From NCBI GenBank assembly GCA_035478795.1, contig DATIJJ010000014.1, forward strand, positions 13,930-77,929: a stretch of 64,000 bases of DNA, given 5' to 3'. Positions 61,683-64,000 of the stretch are shown in pieces (position 1 is the stretch's first letter; each line of letters opens with the position of its first letter). The translations under genes and the position numbers were made by a program. The notes under the pieces were generated by a model that was given only the letters and a program-made list of their open reading frames with translations, searched no databases and was not told the DNA's origin. This DNA is from Gammaproteobacteria bacterium. GTDB lineage: Bacteria; Pseudomonadota; Gammaproteobacteria; DSM-16500.

Positions 61683-62702
61683 CTAAAAACAGTCACTTGT
61701 CATTGTCGCATCAATTATTTGTTTTGTAACCAGATTTTGCAGGTATTGCGAGAGCGTACACATGCCATGCGCCCCGCCGGTTTGCATGGCGCTCACCATC
61801 TGCGCCGCCTTGTCTTCACGAATGAGATGGCGCACAGCCGGTGTTCCCAACAAAATTTCAAATGCAGGCACACGGCCACCCTGTTTTGCTTTCACGAGCG
61901 TCTGACAAATAACAGCCTGCAATGACTCCGCCAGTAAATGACGAATCATCTCTTTTTCATTCGCCGGAAAAACATCCACGATACGACTGATCGCAGACGA
62001 TGCCCCGCGGGTATGTAAGGTGGCCATGACAAGATGGCCCGTTTCCGCTGCCGTGAGGGCGAGGCGAATGGTTTCAGGATCCCGCATTTCGCCCAACAAA
62101 ATAATATCAGGATCCTGGCGCATGGCAGAACGCAAGGCCTTATCAAAACTCCGTGTATCACGATGCACCTCGCGTTGCGTCATCACACTTTTTTGACTGA
62201 CATGAATAAACTCGATGGGATCTTCCAGCGTAATCACATGCAAACTGGCATGCCGGTTTATCTCATCCAGCATGGCAGCCAACGTCGTACTTTTTCCGGA
62301 ACCACTCGCCCCTGTCACGAGAATCAATCCACTTTGCAACGTTAATAATTTTTTGAATGTTTCAGGTAACCCCAATTGTTCCCATGTCGGCACGCGAGTT
62401 GGGATCATTCGAAAAACAGCACCTGTGCCTGTTTGATGATGACAGGCATTCACTCTGAATCGGGATCCGTCACGCAATTGCATGGCATAATCCAGCTCCC
62501 ATTCTGTTTCGAATTGATGGAATTCAGCCTCTGACATGCTTTGTCGAACCAGTTGTTTTGTGGTGTCAGCATCCAGCGAACCCCATGCCTCCATGGCCTC
62601 AAGATCGCCATCAATACGCAGAACAGGCGGTTTTAAAGGTGCAATATGTAAGTCAGATGCATTTTTTTGAATGCAATGGCGAAGCAATTGTGTAAGGTGC
62701 AT
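61683..62702 (-). CDS. pilT: Type IV pilus retraction ATPase PilT
   Basis: ASDLHI, Walker A GASGSGKSTT, Asp box, Walker B ILLGEMRD, His box ATLHT, and AVRHLIREDK (the PilT AIRNLIRE motif). Confidence 0.85.
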   Translation of the reverse strand: MHLTQLLRHCIQKNASDLHIAPLKPPVLRIDGDLEAMEAWGSLDADTTKQLVRQSMSEAEFHQFETEWELDYAMQLRDGSRFRVNACHHQTGTGAVFRMIPTRVPTWEQLGLPETFKKLLTLQSGLILVTGASGSGKSTTLAAMLDEINRHASLHVITLEDPIEFIHVSQKSVMTQREVHRDTRSFDKALRSAMRQDPDIILLGEMRDPETIRLALTAAETGHLVMATLHTRGASSAISRIVDVFPANEKEMIRHLLAESLQAVICQTLVKAKQGGRVPAFEILLGTPAVRHLIREDKAAQMVSAMQTGGAHGMCTLSQYLQNLVTKQIIDATMTSDCF

Positions 62703-62766
62703 AAAACACTCGATGATCAATTCAGGAGAGGGTTACGATTGAGGCAGAACGGAAGGATCGAAAGCA

Positions 62767-62799
62767 ACACGCCCCGGAACATCCTGTTCCAGGGCGTGT
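62767..62799 (-). terminator. Hairpin terminator after the H1-like gene
   Basis: Minus strand reads ACACGCCCTGGAACA-gga-TGTTCCGGGGCGTGT, then TGCTTTCG. Confidence 0.5.
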
Positions 62800-62820
62800 C
62801 TCCAGCAAAGAAAGGCCAAT

Positions 62821-63045
62821 TTATTTTTTAGCTTTTGCTTTTGCCTTACGTCGTTTTTTAGCCGGTTTTTTGGCTGTCTTCTTCTTTCCATCGGCCATGC
62901 CTTCTTTATAGGCTTTGGCGATTGCTTTTTTCAATGCAGACTTGTGTTCTTTCTTCATTGCCATCACTCTGGCTCTTAACGCTTTCATTGCTGCACCTGC
63001 TTTTCTTGCACCGGCTTTCTTTGCTACTTTCTTGCGAACGACCAT
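62821..63045 (-). CDS. Lysine/alanine-rich histone H1-like basic protein
   Basis: MVVRKKVAKKAGARKAGAAMKALRARV...KKTAKKPAKKRRKAKAKAKK. The composition is typical of bacterial H1-like proteins (for example Coxiella Hq1, Chlamydia Hc1). Confidence 0.7.
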   Translation of the reverse strand: MVVRKKVAKKAGARKAGAAMKALRARVMAMKKEHKSALKKAIAKAYKEGMADGKKKTAKKPAKKRRKAKAKAKK

Positions 63046-63133
63046 AATTAATTTCCCTTTTAAGTTAGTAACCGAAATATAATACAACATAATAATTTAT
63101 TTTTACACATCAATTTATTTTGACAGATTATTT

Positions 63134-63841
63134 TTACAGAAACCCATTCAACGTCCATTGCCATGAAACAATTTGACTGACAGGTTGGCATGTCGCAAAA
63201 GCTGACTGATAATCCGGATCAACAGAAAAATAATGCAAATAACAGGAATGGATTTTATTCGGATAGTGCCATGAAACCGTTTGCATATCCTGAAACAAAT
63301 CGAGAGAAAAATCAGGAAGCGTTGAATAAAGTCCGAGACCCGACATCTTGATGATGGCCTCACGCCCCACCCACAAACGGTAAAACGTGCGGTTTTTTTC
63401 AGATACCGGCAAGGATGCCAATGCAGCATATTCTGTTTCACTCAAAAACCGTTTCGCGACATCCTCATTAAAATGCGGCTCGATTTTTTCAATATCGACA
63501 CCCACCTCCGTGTGATTCGTGAGGACATACACGGCCCAATCATGTGAATGCGAAACATTAAACTGAAGCACATCCTGTTTCAGCCGCGGTTTGCCGTGAG
63601 GGCCCCGTTCAAACAGAATATTTTTCGGGGAAAGCTCACAATAAAGACCCAGAATTTGCCGCAGGATCGCGCGTGACAGAATAAAACGCTCGCGATGCAA
63701 GTCAAAACGAAATCGCTTCGCCCGCTCCATTTCGGTTGAATCAAGGAGCAGGGAATAATCGTGCAGTTTTGGAAGTAAATCTGGCAAAAAGGCTTGCCAA
63801 CGATGTACGCTATCTTTCTCAATTTTAAAAATAGGCTTCAT
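63134..63841 (-). CDS. Sfp/EntD-type 4'-phosphopantetheinyl transferase
   Basis: GKP......FN.SHS, GVDIE, and W..(R/K)EA..K motifs. Start taken at MKPIFKIEK (cat at 63839-63841). Confidence 0.8.
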   Translation of the reverse strand: MKPIFKIEKDSVHRWQAFLPDLLPKLHDYSLLLDSTEMERAKRFRFDLHRERFILSRAILRQILGLYCELSPKNILFERGPHGKPRLKQDVLQFNVSHSHDWAVYVLTNHTEVGVDIEKIEPHFNEDVAKRFLSETEYAALASLPVSEKNRTFYRLWVGREAIIKMSGLGLYSTLPDFSLDLFQDMQTVSWHYPNKIHSCYLHYFSVDPDYQSAFATCQPVSQIVSWQWTLNGFL

Positions 63842-63850
63842 GGAGACATT

Positions 63851-64000
63851 ATGGCCGGAACAAACAGCAATGATCAACATGACTTTCTCCACATGGAAGC
63901 TGTCAATCTTCTGGAGGTGGCGAGAGAATATGGCACGCCGTGCTATGTCTACTCTAAAAAAGCCCTGATTGATAACTGGCAGCGATTTCATGAAGCGTTC
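63851..64000 (+). CDS. lysA: Diaminopimelate decarboxylase, 5' partial (runs off window)
   Basis: My translation is MAGTNSNDQHDFLHMEAVNLLEVAREYGTPCYVYSKKALIDNWQRFHEAF. The ...L.A....L...A..YGTP.YVYS...I......F..AF pattern is the LysA N-terminus. Confidence 0.7.
   Translation, partial: MAGTNSNDQHDFLHMEAVNLLEVAREYGTPCYVYSKKALIDNWQRFHEAF

Noticed and set aside
1-64000. Looked for tRNA, rRNA or tmRNA genes, IS transposases, integrases and phage genes
   Set aside because: I found no T-arm (GGTTCGAATCC-like) or anticodon-stem cloverleaf candidates and no DDE or tyrosine-recombinase-like ORFs by eye. A tRNAscan, Infernal or ISfinder run would be needed to be certain.

Overview
This is a 64-kb chromosomal window from an AT-rich Gram-negative bacterium. 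The gene content looks gammaproteobacterial and plausibly Legionellales: EnhA-like L,D-transpeptidase, GDSL lipase, SrkA, lysine-rich H1-like protein, PilT and pilin, and an Mla/MCE operon. That placement is inference only. I support about 75 protein-coding genes. I recognised no rRNA, tRNA, CRISPR array, transposase or integrase by eye.

(1) Positions 1 to ~30 kb are visibly more AT-rich; this was judged by eye and not computed. The block is packed with small-molecule-modifying and detoxification genes: 4 GNATs, 5 SAM methyltransferases, 2 MATE pumps, 2 PadR regulators, an APH-like kinase, an SDR and several hydrolases. It also carries decay and rearrangement scars:
- a frameshifted PadR gene
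- an SDR gene fragment
- an internally shortened AlaX-like gene
- a ~0.7-kb module present twice (13.0-13.7 kb and 27.1-27.8 kb), containing an untracked 47-aa membrane-peptide ORF, a structured leader and a fast-diverging 85-aa ORF
- two long perfect inverted repeats (75-bp arms at 26.2 kb, 38-bp arms at 30.0 kb)
- an untracked Cys-rich lipoprotein ORF

(2) Positions 33-41 kb hold the most unusual locus. A sensor-less hybrid histidine kinase and a CheY-like regulator lie divergent to a 1923-aa FHA-like TpsA exoprotein. That exoprotein ends in a stop-transfer-like TM helix followed by two tandem HisKA/DHp look-alike modules in which the phospho-accepting His is Phe. No TpsB gene is in the window.

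(3) Positions 41-64 kb are mostly housekeeping or envelope genes. They include:
- epimerase, acyl-CoA synthetase-like gene, GGDEF-EAL protein and CpdA
- a MlaFED-like plus PqiC-like operon, GST, M48 peptidase and GDSL lipase
- an in-frame YheS-Uup fusion giving a four-NBD ABC-F protein
- a 687-aa protein with repeated hydrophobic hairpins
- pilin and PilT, the H1-like protein, a PPTase and the 5' end of lysA
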